A stretch of 63,213 nucleotides of DNA, filler included, from Reticulomyxa filosa (taxonomy: Eukaryota > Protista > Foraminifera), in the NCBI GenBank assembly GCA_000512085.1. It is 22 parts of 22 records of this genome, joined end to end, with 100 filler letters (N's around TTAATTAATTAA, not from the genome) between each part and the next. Parts side by side here need not be neighbours in the genome. Positions count along the whole stretch, not along the records: positions 1 to 3,461 come from ASPP01025242.1; positions 3,562 to 5,076 come from ASPP01027506.1; positions 5,177 to 8,900 come from ASPP01029012.1; positions 9,001 to 10,337 come from ASPP01028147.1; positions 10,438 to 12,665 come from ASPP01023807.1; 17 more parts are not named here. One strand, given 5' to 3'. The notes beneath the pieces were generated by a model. It ran no database searches and was not told the origin of the DNA. It saw nothing but the letters and a program-made list of their open reading frames with translations. How positions within the stretch are numbered: position 1 is the first letter of the stretch; every line of letters starts with the position of its first letter. Below are positions 1 through 12,179 of this stretch, piece after piece. A program made the position numbers and the translations under genes.

Positions 1-355
1 AACAATGAATTACAAAAGTAGATTTGATCTAATCCCTAAGAAGCTACGATAAACAGATAAAAAATGTTAAATAAATTGAAGATATTGTATCATAATGATA
101 TTCATAAATATATGGAATATCCACTTCAATTACATCAAATTTATGCAATTTTATTTCATGGTAAATCATGTAATAATCAATTCAGCTTTGATCAGATTGC
201 ATTTAAACATTTCAACTTGATCATATTTTGCAAAACATTATCGAAATATTCACTTCCATGAAAAACAAAAAATATAAAAATATATTTTAGATTGAAAGGA
301 GTGAAATTTAAAAATACTGAAAAAATAAATCAAATCACAATTTTTCCGTCATGTA
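1..355 (+). pseudogene. Degenerate fragment of an expanded foraminiferan family with a putative ADP-ribosyltransferase-like domain
   Basis: ORF 64-261 LKILYHNDIHKYMEYPLQLHQIYAILFHGKSCNNQFSFDQIAFKH and downstream ..LKGVKFKN.. resemble the recurrent 'HKQMGYPLQLxxICAILLYCGKSCNVQFSYDQ...GLKGVRLEN' block recalled from Reticulomyxa hypothetical proteins. Stops and frameshifts are present. The assignment is from memory. Confidence 0.45.
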
Positions 356-646
356 AAAAAGGTTTAAAAAAAAACAATCATTTTCTTAATATCATAATTA
401 AAATTTTTAATGAAAAAAGAATCTAGCAGTATTATCTAGCCAAAACGCAAGCCTGCCCTACCGTCTTAAGGTCAGCCATACCTTGAAGTATAACCAGACA
501 AGCCCGTTAAGTTCCAAACAATACAACTCACTTTAGTTTGTACCTACCGTTGAAGTAGTACAAAATCCTACTATTTCGTTGCTTCCTTACCTTATACAAA
601 TTTTCATGTATCACACTTTTTTTATTTTTTTACACCGTTTGAAAGC

Positions 647-762
647 TAAAAAAAAACAAACGATGACAAAGGCAAAAAGAAAAGATTAGTTCGTGCGACG
701 CCTGAAGGCGCCGCCTGATTTAATTTTTTCTTTTTCGCCTTTCCCTTCGTTTGTTTTTTTTA
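647..762. repeat. 116-bp imperfect palindrome (foldback element) with GC-rich core hairpin
   Basis: Left arm TAAAAAAAAACAAACGATGACAAAGGCAAAAAGAAAAGATTA pairs with right arm TAATTTTTTCTTTTTCGCCTTTCCCTTCGTTTGTTTTTTTTA. Core CGCCT-GA-AGGCG (699-710) lies exactly on the symmetry axis 704/705. Confidence 0.8.
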
Positions 763-1100
763 AAATTGAAATGTTTAATTATTATAACAAATGCAATGTC
801 ATCACAATTTGATGTTTTATGAATCTGAAAATAATTTATTTTTTGATTTTTATGATAATTATTATATTTTTTTGTGCAAATTTGATTTTTGTGATTACAT
901 ATGAAAGGAGTTTATTGATATACTGTTTTTTTTATTGACGCTAACATGTTTTATCATATACACCAAAAGACGTCAAAGTGCATTTATTGCCTTTTTTATT
1001 GTCTATAGAATTTTGAAAGTGTATCAAAGTTTTTTTTTTGATGAGATTTTTGTATTGTAATTTTTTTCCAAGAACTAGTCAATACACTTAATGCAGAATT

Positions 1101-1360
1101 AAAGATTCAGTTAGAGTTGTTGAATATTTACCATTTGTAGCAAATAATAATAAAACTGGTAAAGGAAATGTAATATGTTCTGGATTATATGATGGTACAA
1201 TTGATTTTTAGGATATTCGACCAAATAAGAAAGTATTGAATGTAACAACAAAAATAATAATAAAAGTAGTAATATTGGTATAACAAATGTCTTAAATTTG
1301 CACCATTAAAAATAATAAAGATTGTGGTTATTGTTTGTCGAAAGGTTATATTTGTGTTTG
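1101..1360 (+). pseudogene. WD40-repeat gene remnant (last repeat and C-terminus)
   Basis: Reads VRVVEYLPFVANNNKTGKGNVICSGLYDGTIDF*DIRPNKK. It aligns to the last repeat of the 2102-3004 ORF (VLCVEYPPF...IICSGSWDNTIRFWDVRTNK), with Trp changed to TAG. Confidence 0.7.
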
Positions 1361-2101
1361 GATTGAATATATATGAATGAACGATTCCAAGCTACGATTC
1401 AAAAGACTAAATGGATCAGCAAAAAATGTCTACATATTTTTGGCTCTTGTAAAAGAGTTGTGGTCGAAATTTAGATTATCAATGTCAACAAACATCAGTT
1501 TCATTAAACATGAACTTGTTGTACAATCTTTTATTTTGTGTTGTTGTCAGCGTCATTGAGACCAATGTCTAAATCCAATCTATTCAACAAATAAACAAAA
1601 AAAAGTTGGCAAGTTTCATGGTTACGACGTATGCACGATTGTCAACTTTTTCTCGAAAATTTTCAAAAATCAATAAAATATTCAAATTTTTAAACAATTA
1701 GTAAATATTTAATAAAAAACTAAAATGATATTTAAAAAGTACACGATTTGTAGATATTTAAAAAAAAAATTAAGTCTGAATGTTGTTTTTTCATTTAGAA
1801 AATCAATCATCTCTATAAGTTGCCGTTTTAGGTGTCAACTTTACTTTGCATTCTACTGTAGTTCAATGTCATAATAAGAAATAAAGTAATGAAAGAGCAA
1901 AAGCAAACAAAGAAAAAGTGATATTTAATGTGTTATTCAGTATGCTATGAACATTGTGAAAAGTTTAAAAGAGTACTTTTAAAAATTTGAATTTAAAAAG
2001 AAAGTGTATGTTTGTTCAGTCCAATTAGATCAAGAAATACCCAAAAAATTCTTCCCTTCTTTTTCACTCTTTTTACAAAAGCGTCCATCTTTTATTTATA
2101 T

Positions 2102-3461
2102 TTATCCCCACAGACGGATGGGACCATTCATTGATCCATAACATAAACCATAATTACAACTTTCTTTTTTCAAAGGTAAAAATTCAATACATCTTATTCC
2201 TCCGTCTTCTCTTCCATTTCCTTTGATTTCATAAAATTGTTTATTGGTTCGAACATCCCAAAATCGAATTGTATTGTCCCATGACCCGGAACATATTATA
2301 TTAGTATTCAATCCGTTGTTTATATTATTACCTTCGAACGGTGGATATTCAACACAAAGTACTTGATCAGTGTGCCCTTCGAATATATTAACTTGTTTTC
2401 CAGTACGAGTGTCCCATAAACGAACTGTTTTATCATATGATCCTGATAATATCATATTTCTTTCATATGGTGAATATTTTACAGATAATGTTGTGAGTTG
2501 ATGTCCCTTAAAAACAGTTAATTCTTTTGTTGTTTCAATATCCCATAAACGAATAGTTGTATCATCCGATCCAGAACAAATGGTATATCCGTTACCACCA
2601 ATTATACCAATACTATTACTTTTATTGCTATTATTCTTATTTTGAAATAATGAAAATTCAACACACCAAACTTGCTCTTTATGTCCATTGAAAATATGTA
2701 ACATTTTAGATGTTTCAATATCCCATAAACGAATTGATCTATCTTTTGATCCAGAGCACAGATACCGACCACCATTGAATGATGAAAATTGAATATAACT
2801 AATATCTGAAATATGTCCGTTAGATATTCCAACTTCTTTCTCAGTACCAAAATCCCAAAAACGAATAACTCTATCAGCTGATGAAGAAGCAACTACCAAA
2901 CGGCCATAATTATAAAAATGATATGACGAAAATTTTGTACAATATATTTCAGTGGAATGTCCTTTGAAACATTTCAATAATTTCGTGTTTTTGATTCCAT
3001 ACACAAACTTTTTTTATCACGTGATGCAGAACAAAGATATTGATTATCATTCAGTGATGTACAATCAATACTTCGTATTCTATCACTATGTCCGGCAAAT
3101 GTTTTAATCAATTTGGAAGAACGAAATAAATCAAAAGGAATAGTTGAAAATCTTTTTAATGAAGAAAAATATATATTATTATTGTTATCATTTTCTTTCT
3201 GCTCTTTGTTGTTACCACTACCCTCTTGAATCTTTTTGATGTTATCATTTTTGGAGTTTACTTCCATTTTCAATTTTTCCATTTCCGTGAGAATAGGTTC
3301 CTGTTTTTCATATATATTAGTTAACATGTTGTCAATTGAAATAAAAAATGAAACCTGATAAGAATTGGGCTGTTCGACATCTTTCTGGTATTGCAGTAAT
3401 TGTTCTCTCAAAAAAAAATTTTCATTAGCCAACATTGCGTTATCTTGATCTTTTTTTTCAA
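2102..3461 (-). CDS. WD40-repeat protein with N-terminal coiled coil; 5' partial and frameshifted near 3000-3015 (possible pseudogene)
   Basis: Multiple GH...CSGSxDxTIRLWD repeats ending IRLWG*. The upstream ORF 2974-3435 supplies the first repeat (FAGHSDRIRSID...CSASRDK). The frames join only through indels around the A-run at ~3009-3015. Confidence 0.85.
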
Positions 3462-3561
3462 NNNNNNNNNNNNNNNNNNNNNNNNNNNNNNNNNNNNNNN
3501 NNNNNTTAATTAATTAANNNNNNNNNNNNNNNNNNNNNNNNNNNNNNNNNNNNNNNNNNNN
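3462..3561. other. Artificial contig linker (44N-TTAATTAATTAA-44N), first of 21
   Basis: Identical 100-nt spacers start at 3462, 5077, 8901, 10338, 12666, 14432, 16872, 18194, 22236, 24888, 27468, 28986, 41155, 42452, 47112, 48600, 52253, 54240, 55870, 60037 and 61137. The 12-mer places stops in all six frames. Confidence 0.99.
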
Positions 3562-4763
3562 AATGTTCCGCCAATGCAAATATCACCATTTGCAATTTTC
3601 AATGGCATCATCAGATGAAATTTTATCATCATTGGACTTTGATTGCAATCCTGGAATTGGAGGAGCAGGACTTGTCATTCACATATTTACCACAATGGCT
3701 GGAGTTGGAATATCCAATCAATGGTATTACAACAAACATTGGATCATAGATCGAAGCAATTAGACTTGCATTGGAATATTTGAGTAATCATTACAGATCA
3801 CATTGATTTTTTTTTTTATCATTGATTATTCTCTGATTGCAAATTCGTGATTAATTCGATATTTAACAAATGGGATTCTGACATCTATAAATTGCCAATT
3901 ATGGATTGTCAGAAGATATTGAAATCATTTAATGAGGTAATGCTCCAGAGATCTATTGGACCAAAGGTCATTCTGGTATTTCTGGTAATGATAAAGTGGA
4001 TCTTGTTGCAAATAATGCTCGCAAGAAAGCTCAGAAATTGAACCAGATTTGATTTAACAACAGATCAACGGCATTCCTGAGTAATCATGCATTAAATCCC
4101 TTCTTTACATAGCAATGGAATAGACATTGGATATGTGAAGTGGTTGATATTCCAAGACATACAACGATATTTCTTATCTGATCTGATGGAGGCTCAATCA
4201 TTTGAAAAAATTGTATTACATTCATTGACATTTAGTGAACGCAAAATCATTTGTCGATTGATTACTGGCAAAATTAGATTGAATGATTATTTGCATAATA
4301 TACAAAGATCAAATTCTCCTGATTGTATTTGGTGTGAGGAAGAAGAGACTGTCGAGCACTTTCTGATGGAATGTCTGCGGTACATTGAATTACGTCGCAA
4401 TTGGTGGACAAATGTCCAAGAATTGCTTCCAGATATCAATGTATTGTCCCTGCCAATATCAGGATCAAAGTTGTAAAGCAGCCAAGTTCGCAATTGTCAA
4501 GTTTTCTCAAGTAGATCTCAATTTAAATTGAAATAACTTTCTTTTGACTTTTTGGTCGTTGTAAGATTTTGTGTGTGTCTTTCTTTTATTTTGTGTTTCT
4601 TTTTTGAGTATTGTGTTCTATTTCTTAGAAAAAGGTGCTCTTTTAACTAGAAAGACCTGAGTTTGTGCATGTAGAGAGGGCAAAAAGCAGTGCAAGTTGA
4701 TGATGAAGCGAGAGAGTAGTCCAACACTTGACACGCCCCCACTGCAACCTATCTAAAAAAAAA
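3562..4763 (+). mobile_element. Decayed 3' end of a non-LTR retrotransposon (LINE ORF2: RNase H + CCHC finger + 3'UTR + A tail)
   Basis: RNase H motifs are spread over broken frames: NPGIGGAGLVI, GITTNIGS*IEAIRLALEY, SDCKFVINSI, PEIYWTKGHSGISGNDKVDLVAN. The C-terminal RLITGKIRLNDYLH..SPDCIWCEEEETVEHFLMEC is typical of LINE ORF2. An A-run lies at 4755-4763. Confidence 0.85.
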
Positions 4764-4779
4764 TATGATCATTGAACCT

Positions 4780-5076
4780 GATCATCTGATACACTTGTGG
4801 TACAATCTCACTTCTTGTCTTCGTTGCCATCCAATAAGTCACTGAATTGCAATCGAATGACTTGTGCAATAACAATTCATCTGTGTTATGCTACGACTGG
4901 AATAGGCACAATATTTGCCTTTTTCCATTCAATTGGCATGTAGTTCATTCGAAAACTCCATCCAAATAGGAATATTAATAATTCAATCATTGCATTACCA
5001 CCATTCTTAAGCATCTGGTTGAGCTTTGTATAGAGACAAATGTCTCAATGCCTCAATAACTTCCTCCTTTATAATA
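4780..5076 (-). mobile_element. Deleted LINE reverse-transcriptase N-terminal fragment, opposite orientation
   Basis: The minus strand reads KEEVIEALRHLSLYKAQ / NQMLKNGGNAMIELLIFLFGWSFRMNYMPIEWKKANIVPIP, matching non-LTR RT domains 0-1 (KAPGPD..ML..; P..WK.A.I.PIPK). Confidence 0.75.
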
Positions 5077-8000
5077 NNNNNNNNNNNNNNNNNNNNNNNN
5101 NNNNNNNNNNNNNNNNNNNNTTAATTAATTAANNNNNNNNNNNNNNNNNNNNNNNNNNNNNNNNNNNNNNNNNNNNATATCGGTGCATAAAAGCGTATAG
5201 GTATGGACATTTTTCTTAAAAGGGTGTTTGGGAAAAAAGTGAATAAAATTGGGTAATAAATGGGGGAGGAAAAAAATAAGTAATAAGATTGTGAGAAAGA
5301 AAAAAACTAGTATAAAAAAAAGATAGAACGTTAAATTAAAAAAGTGATAAGAAAAAAGAAAAAAAAAGTGCTAGAAAAAAAAAAAGAATGTTTCAAAGGA
5401 AAAAATAATAAAGAAAATAAGTGAAAAAGAAAAAAAAAAAAGAAAATAAACAAATGAAAGATAAAAAAAAAGAATTGAAAAAAAATTGTATTTGAATGGT
5501 AATTTTTTGGTTTTTTTTGAATTGAAAAAAAATTTATTTCATCCTGCGTGAGGATACAACATTAGTTAAGTGGTATTCTTTTTTTTATATGTGCTTGTTA
5601 AAAAAAACAAATCTGAACATACGTATAACAATTATATAAGTTCATACGCATATCAAGATGCAAATGCAGTATCAATGACTCAACGAGAAAGAAGAAAAGA
5701 TAATTCAATTTTGCAAGATGCGGACAAAGAGTGTTGGACTGCGTAGTGCATATAAGCAAGATTGAAAGTGATAAAATGGAAAATTTGAAGAATTGAACAC
5801 AGTGGCTAATATTTCAATTTGAAATTTATTTTTTGTATATAAAAATATCCAAGTAAATTATTGGTAAGAAGCCAGCAATGCACGAGATTCAATGATTGCA
5901 ATACAGCCAACAATGTCACCGCTTTCATTATATGGTTCAATTCAACTACTGTTCCATTGTATCGAACTTTTGTTCCAATACCAATATCTGGAATTATCAA
6001 TGCAAATGAATAAACGTGTTTCGTTGTTTTCATGGATATACAATTCAATCTGCTTTACTTCTATAACACAATAATGCGCTTCTGACAGCTTCTCGTGCTC
6101 TATACTCAATAAAAGCTTTTCCTGGAAACCAACGTAATTCCATTAATCAAAAATTTACCTGTATTCGTTGTCAAAAAAAGAATGAACAATGAGCAACTTA
6201 CGTTTCCAAGCTATTTCTGCTTACGAATTGAACATTACACTCAAGACAAGGCCAAATCCTGTATCCAAATATCGCCGTCAAAAAGGAAAAAGATTAATCG
6301 GCTGAATTAAATTCGAAACAAGTAATTATCTTTATCTTTATTCAATAATTTACAAATTTGTGTTTTATTTCTGTATAAGTAAATTTGAAACAAACAAAAA
6401 ACTTTATTTAAGTGAAAGTGTATTGTTATTAATAGTTTGCTCAAAGCAGAGTCGGCATATAATACGTATTCCATTGCTAACCATATCTTGACTGAATCAA
6501 AAGCGAATTGTACTGGCACTGTTAATGACCATCTGAGTGCATCAGGCAATAGCACCACTCATATTGCTTCCTCTCCAAATTGTGTTGCACATGCAGTCAA
6601 TCTTGGACTTATTAGTGCGGCTTGCAGACAAATGAATCGGAATCAGGTTCGTCAATCTTGGGATTGGCTTCACAAATTGGTCAATTGGCATTTGAAAAAC
6701 AATTTGCAATCACACTGCCGGTCTTGAAATGTGACTCGTATCACGAGTGACTACAGGGGATGACAAAGATAGCATGCTCTATTTGAAGGTATATATTATT
6801 TGTATCATATTTTCGTTGTTGTAATACGTCTTAATTAAAACAATGTGAGCATAGATTTTTTATTGTAGAGTGATTACATAGATCTGGAGTGAAAGAAAGA
6901 AGAAAAGAGAAGAGAAAAAGAAATATAAAAAACAAGCATACCGATCATAGTAGTAATGATATCAAGGAATACACAAGTAATAATGCATCGTTCAAGAAGC
7001 ATGAATTTACGGGAGAAGCAAAGAGACATATGAATATAATCAATATAATGCATCCATGAAAGGTGCTGACACGTGTGAGTGGTATGAATGACATATATGG
7101 AAAAAAAACACTAGTGACAATGTGTTTGCAATACTCAGATGACATGCAATACTTTTACTCATCCAATCCGACTTATTAATTTGCCTAATTGGTCAAGCAT
7201 CAGTCGCTACTTTTTACGTGAACTTGTAATTATACAGTATGTAACTTCAGGTGTTGACATGAAAGCGTTTCCAAAATATAATTACTATGACTTTCGTGTT
7301 TAATTTGATGGAAAATATTTTGTAATTTGATTGGTGATTGGGATTGTTTTTTCAATGTAAAAAAACTATTGTATCATCGTCAAGTAAAATTGGCAGAAAA
7401 TGATTGGGTCCATCGATTCGAATGCATTTGAGAGAAGATTGAAGTTAAAAGAGCACTGCTTATTTTTGTGTTTCTTTCTAAATAGTTTGAATTAATGTGT
7501 TGCTTTTACAAGGACTAGAACACGCTAAGTCTACAGTCAGTGCAAATGGTGGAACCTCAAATAGCGAAGATGATTTTGCAAGAAAGTCTCATTGGACAAT
7601 GCGAAATGAATTAACAACTAAAAAGAAAAATCAAACCACTGCTTGGATGTCAGAAGACTTTGAAAATGTGCATATTGAATCATTGACTCGAATTTTGAAG
7701 CTTCTGCAAATGTTAAAACAGAAAAGAGCCCCAATCCTTTTTGATGAAATATTATCAATGAAACAGAAATATTTGGCAATCTCCACATTGCAACAAAAGG
7801 TCATGGACAAGCAATACTATTTTGACAACTGCATAAACTTTGTGAGATTTAATATGACCAAAGAATCCACAAATCATTACAAGAAAGTATTGCATTTCCG
7901 GCATCTTTATATACATCAAGTGAAAAAAGCAATGTTCCATTATTTATATCAACTGTAAATAGTGGACAATGCTTCATATCAATTGCTGGTTAATACTAGT

Positions 8001-9369
8001 ATTCATTTTTTTCAAAGTGTTGGAATTTGATGTTAAGTAATATGCGTTATATACTCTTTATTTCTTTTTTTATATGATATGCCAATATCACATTGATTAA
8101 TACAAAACAAAATAGCCGAAGAAATGCATAAATCTTATTTCTTTTCCAGCACAAGATCATACGTAGAACAATATGCAAATATGAACACATATGATGATGC
8201 AAAACATGTTCATTGCTATGACCCTATCGGCACATATTTCATCTTCAAGTCGACTCTGAAACGGAATAACCAAATGACAAACAAAGAGCGTGAAAAATTG
8301 ATTAAACTTTAGGATATGAGGATTAAATTACATGAAATGAGGACAGGAACATATCTCCAAAAGGATTATTCGATATTTTAGTGTGGCAGAATAATTTGCT
8401 GCACTTGTTTCAATATGTGGGTTGCAATTGCAAGAATATGAAGATTAATGAAGTGATTGATTTACGGATCAAAATATTTTCTTATGGATGACTCCCTAAT
8501 GAAATAATAGACCGCATGACGCTAAAAAAGCCGAAACAATTTACACACAATGGAACGACAACATATATCAAAGTGTGTTGATTTGAAGATTTTACATTTT
8601 CGTTTTTCAATAAAGAGAAATTGATATAAAGGCAGTAATTCATAATATAAAGCAATGAAAAAAAAAGAACATCAAGCGAAAGGATAGATACGTTTATAAA
8701 AAAGACGAATTGACGAAAATTAATATATTCCAAACATTCAACATGCACGATAATCGCAAAAGAAAAGATGGAAAACAGCAACAGAATACAAGTTTCCTCA
8801 TCGAAAAGAGGCTTAAATGGATCATTGCAGCAAATTTGACAAAAAAAACACGATTACTATTATTTAACATTTCGAATATTTTGTTATTTGAAAATGTATT
8901 NNNNNNNNNNNNNNNNNNNNNNNNNNNNNNNNNNNNNNNNNNNNTTAATTAATTAANNNNNNNNNNNNNNNNNNNNNNNNNNNNNNNNNNNNNNNNNNNN
9001 GGGGGGAGGATGAACAGCTCTGACATGGACCACATTTCTTCAATGCTGAGATGTTCAAATATTACATTCTCATTTTGATCAAAGAAATCCAAACGCGTCC
9101 TTGAGCTTTGAATCAAATTTGGAGTTTGTTTTTTTTCATTGGTGTTTCTATTTGCCTTCGTATAACGATTAGCATCTTGACCTTTTTGGGACAGTTTGGA
9201 TATTGCATAATCAATGTCTATTTCCTCAAAGGTCCATTGCCCTTTCACCTGACGATACTGAGTTCGAAGATCGTGAATATCATCTTCGAGATTATCATCG
9301 GCGAGTATAGTTTCAACATGCAATCCAAACACAAATCGACTTGCTCACATTTCGATACGCTTTACTGCT

Positions 9370-9555
9370 TTCACAAATAATCGTCGCTTTGGGGACATGT
9401 AGAGTAACGATTCATTTGTATGTGCCATCGCGCTTGCTCCATCCTTCACACATATCTGCTATTCTGTTGCCAAAGGCGTGATAGTGATAAAACAGATCGT
9501 GGCCATCATGCCATTGGTCAATTCCACAATCTCACCCAAGTCAAGAGGCTTATCG
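9370..9555 (-). pseudogene. Frameshifted CAP-Gly-like domain remnant
   Basis: Three frames give DLGEIVELTNGMMATICFI / AFGNRIADMCEGWSKRDGTYK / NRYSTCP / RLFVK, following the CAP-Gly pattern (G.V...G.V.FIG..F..G.E....K.DG...RYF.C....LFV). Confidence 0.4.
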
Positions 9556-10956
9556 TTGCTTTCTTTGATTCTATCCATTTTGAAACTCGTTCGGGTGTGC
9601 TGTTGTCTTGGTCGAACTCGTGCAATGCTGAAGTGTAAGTCAGTTATGCTATGTCAATGCTTTACAATGAAACTTGTGTTTGCTTTCTTCCCTTTCGTCG
9701 TCGTCGTCGTCGTCGTCGCTGTCATCTGATTTCCATTTCCGAAATCGATTGAGTCGCGACAATTGATTTTCGTTTGGCAAACGAACCTATTCCCCCTAGG
9801 ACACTACATTTTACATTCGAACCAAAGTCACTATCAATTGCTATACGTCTTTTGACTTCAAATAAATATTGCACAACAACAAAAAAACACCTGAAAGTGG
9901 CAGTATTTGTTGTACATGTCGTCATGAGCACCAGGAGTCCATAAGTCTCTAAAGAAAACACAACATAGCATTACATATTTAAAAAAATTATTTCTAAAAG
10001 AACAAAATCTAATTCAATGCAAATAACTTCACTCTCGGCAAAAGGGGGGGGATAATAAATGTACTTGATGATACTTGTCGCCCCTCCACTGACGAAAACT
10101 GTGCGACTGTTGTGTTTTAATGGTTTCAATTAGAAGGTCGCATGGGAGGGTTCCGGGTCCAATGGCTTCACCAAAGGAATCCTCTCGTGTGAAATGGCCA
10201 CGATTATACATTGGCCTTAAAATGTTTCTTTTTTCACGTTGTGCCATTTGTGAAATCGTTATCGTTGTTGCAGGCAGTTTGCTTTCTAACATCAAAACAA
10301 AATCCAACAATAATCAATGACTTTTTTTTTTTTTTTTNNNNNNNNNNNNNNNNNNNNNNNNNNNNNNNNNNNNNNNNNNNNTTAATTAATTAANNNNNNN
10401 NNNNNNNNNNNNNNNNNNNNNNNNNNNNNNNNNNNNNACTGTAAAAGCCAACTAAAAAAATTGAATGTATAACCTTTCAAATAAATGCAAGAGATAAAAT
10501 AGTAAAACATAGCGGAAAGATAGTCTGTAATTTGTTCTATGTATCTACAAAATTATTTTTACTTTAGCTCTTTTCAATAAAGATATACAAGTCAAATACT
10601 AAAAAAGCCCTTTTTTTTTGTTGTCAGTTTTTTTTGCAAACTACTGTACTTTATGAAATTCGTAAAGCTGATTAAAAAATAACATTACATTTAACCTCTC
10701 ACTGACACTACAACACTTTGATTCAAATATGAAATGATCAAAAAAGTTAGAATGTAATACATATAAAACGTACATGAAATGTAATGCAAATGAATTGTAT
10801 TAGTAAAGTGTGAAGATTATGTAAGATCATCATATATACTGTTGTCTTTTTTGACATATATAATTTCTTTTCTTTACTTGTTTAATAAAAAGCGTTAAAA
10901 TTGAGAGTCCAAAAGAAGGTTCAATTTCAACGTTACCCAAAAATTTTTTAATATTG

Positions 10957-11787
10957 ATGCTCCGATTTCGAAGTAATACTATTTTCATATCTTTGATCTT
11001 CTTTCTTGCTCATTTGTGTTTAATTTTCGGTAACATCAATTTGAAATGCAACTATGTGGAGTTTGCAACTCTTCCTCTGCACCAAGGTTTTATCCCTGGG
11101 ATAGCATATTCTCCCAATGTATGCATGAACTACAATCTGGGAGTTGCCAACGCAGGCAGTGTTATGTACGAATGCAAAAGTAACAACACGTTGTACTACA
11201 CTACTTGGGACCAACTCGATTGTAAAGGGTCACCCAACAAAACGACGAACGTAGCCGAGATGACACCAAAACCCAAGTATTCATTCTATTGCGGAGGCTA
11301 CACCTGTAATGTCCAAATCACCATCTATAATAACAGTATTCAACCAGCCAATGATCCTGAATGCAAGTACGACTACTACACGCAGGCGAGTGTGGTCACC
11401 TCTCATTGCACCAGTACAGAAAACGGTAAGTAAAGAAAGAGAGGGTCTCACTAAGTTACAAAAGGAACCAAAAAAAAAAAGGGGGTACAAAATAGAAATT
11501 CATTAATTTTAAAAAATTTTTGAATGCTTGATTGGCACGCAACAGGACTTTATAATTATAATTATGTAATGACTTGCGACACTAAGGATAACACAATATT
11601 TGTACGTGTCTATAACTCGACTGATGTCAATTGTCAAGATTCGAGCGAAGAATATACGCTCACTTATGGTTGTGCTCATTACAACGACAGCTATTACAAG
11701 TTTGATTTTGAGTGTGGTTGTATGTCGTGTTCTATTTGTGCCACTTGGCTTGTTATCGCTGTTGCGCTCGTTTTTATTCATTTGTAA
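10957..11787 (+). CDS. Secreted Cys/Tyr-rich surface protein, probably GPI-anchored; 2 exons (10957-11425, 11546-11787)
   Basis: Signal-peptide-like N-terminus (IFISLIFFLAHLCLIFG), a phase-consistent GTAAGT...CAG intron, repeated C..Y.C.....Y...C units, and a hydrophobic C-terminus (WLVIAVALVFIHL*). Confidence 0.75.
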
Positions 11788-12179
11788 CTCTCCATAATTT
11801 GATTCAAAAAAAAATTTATAGTAAAATATAATAAACTTAAATTAAAGCGAATATAAGCACTACACTCAAGCTAAATAATTTTTAAATTAGTCAAATTTAA
11901 CATATTAGTAAAGTACATTGCAGAAGAGGTTTTCTTTTCTCTCCAAATAAACTACAATGCTGCTGACAAAACAGTTTCTTTTTTTTCTTTCAAAAAACCC
12001 TCTGTTTTAGTAAGTAAGTAGAACAACTTGCTGTTGCCATTAAAAAAATAAACAAATTTTTGGTTTTCAAGGGGCATATCAGATAACTTCAAAGTTTCAT
12101 TGTGTTGACGTAATCATTTGTTGTTGTTTGGAACCTTTCTTTTCGCCGTGCGATTTCACATAGATGATTTTTTGAAAAA

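Noticed and set aside
5541-5568. Small hairpin ATCCT-GCGTG-AGGAT followed by ATTAGT (and a similar one at ~60826-60850) as Helitron 3' ends
   Set aside because: The stems are short and could arise by chance; no second copy or Rep/helicase evidence.
5177-8900. Possible RRM-like (GKAFIEY, ~6100 minus) and helicase-like remnants; short ORFs
   Set aside because: Matches are too short and degenerate to support a call.
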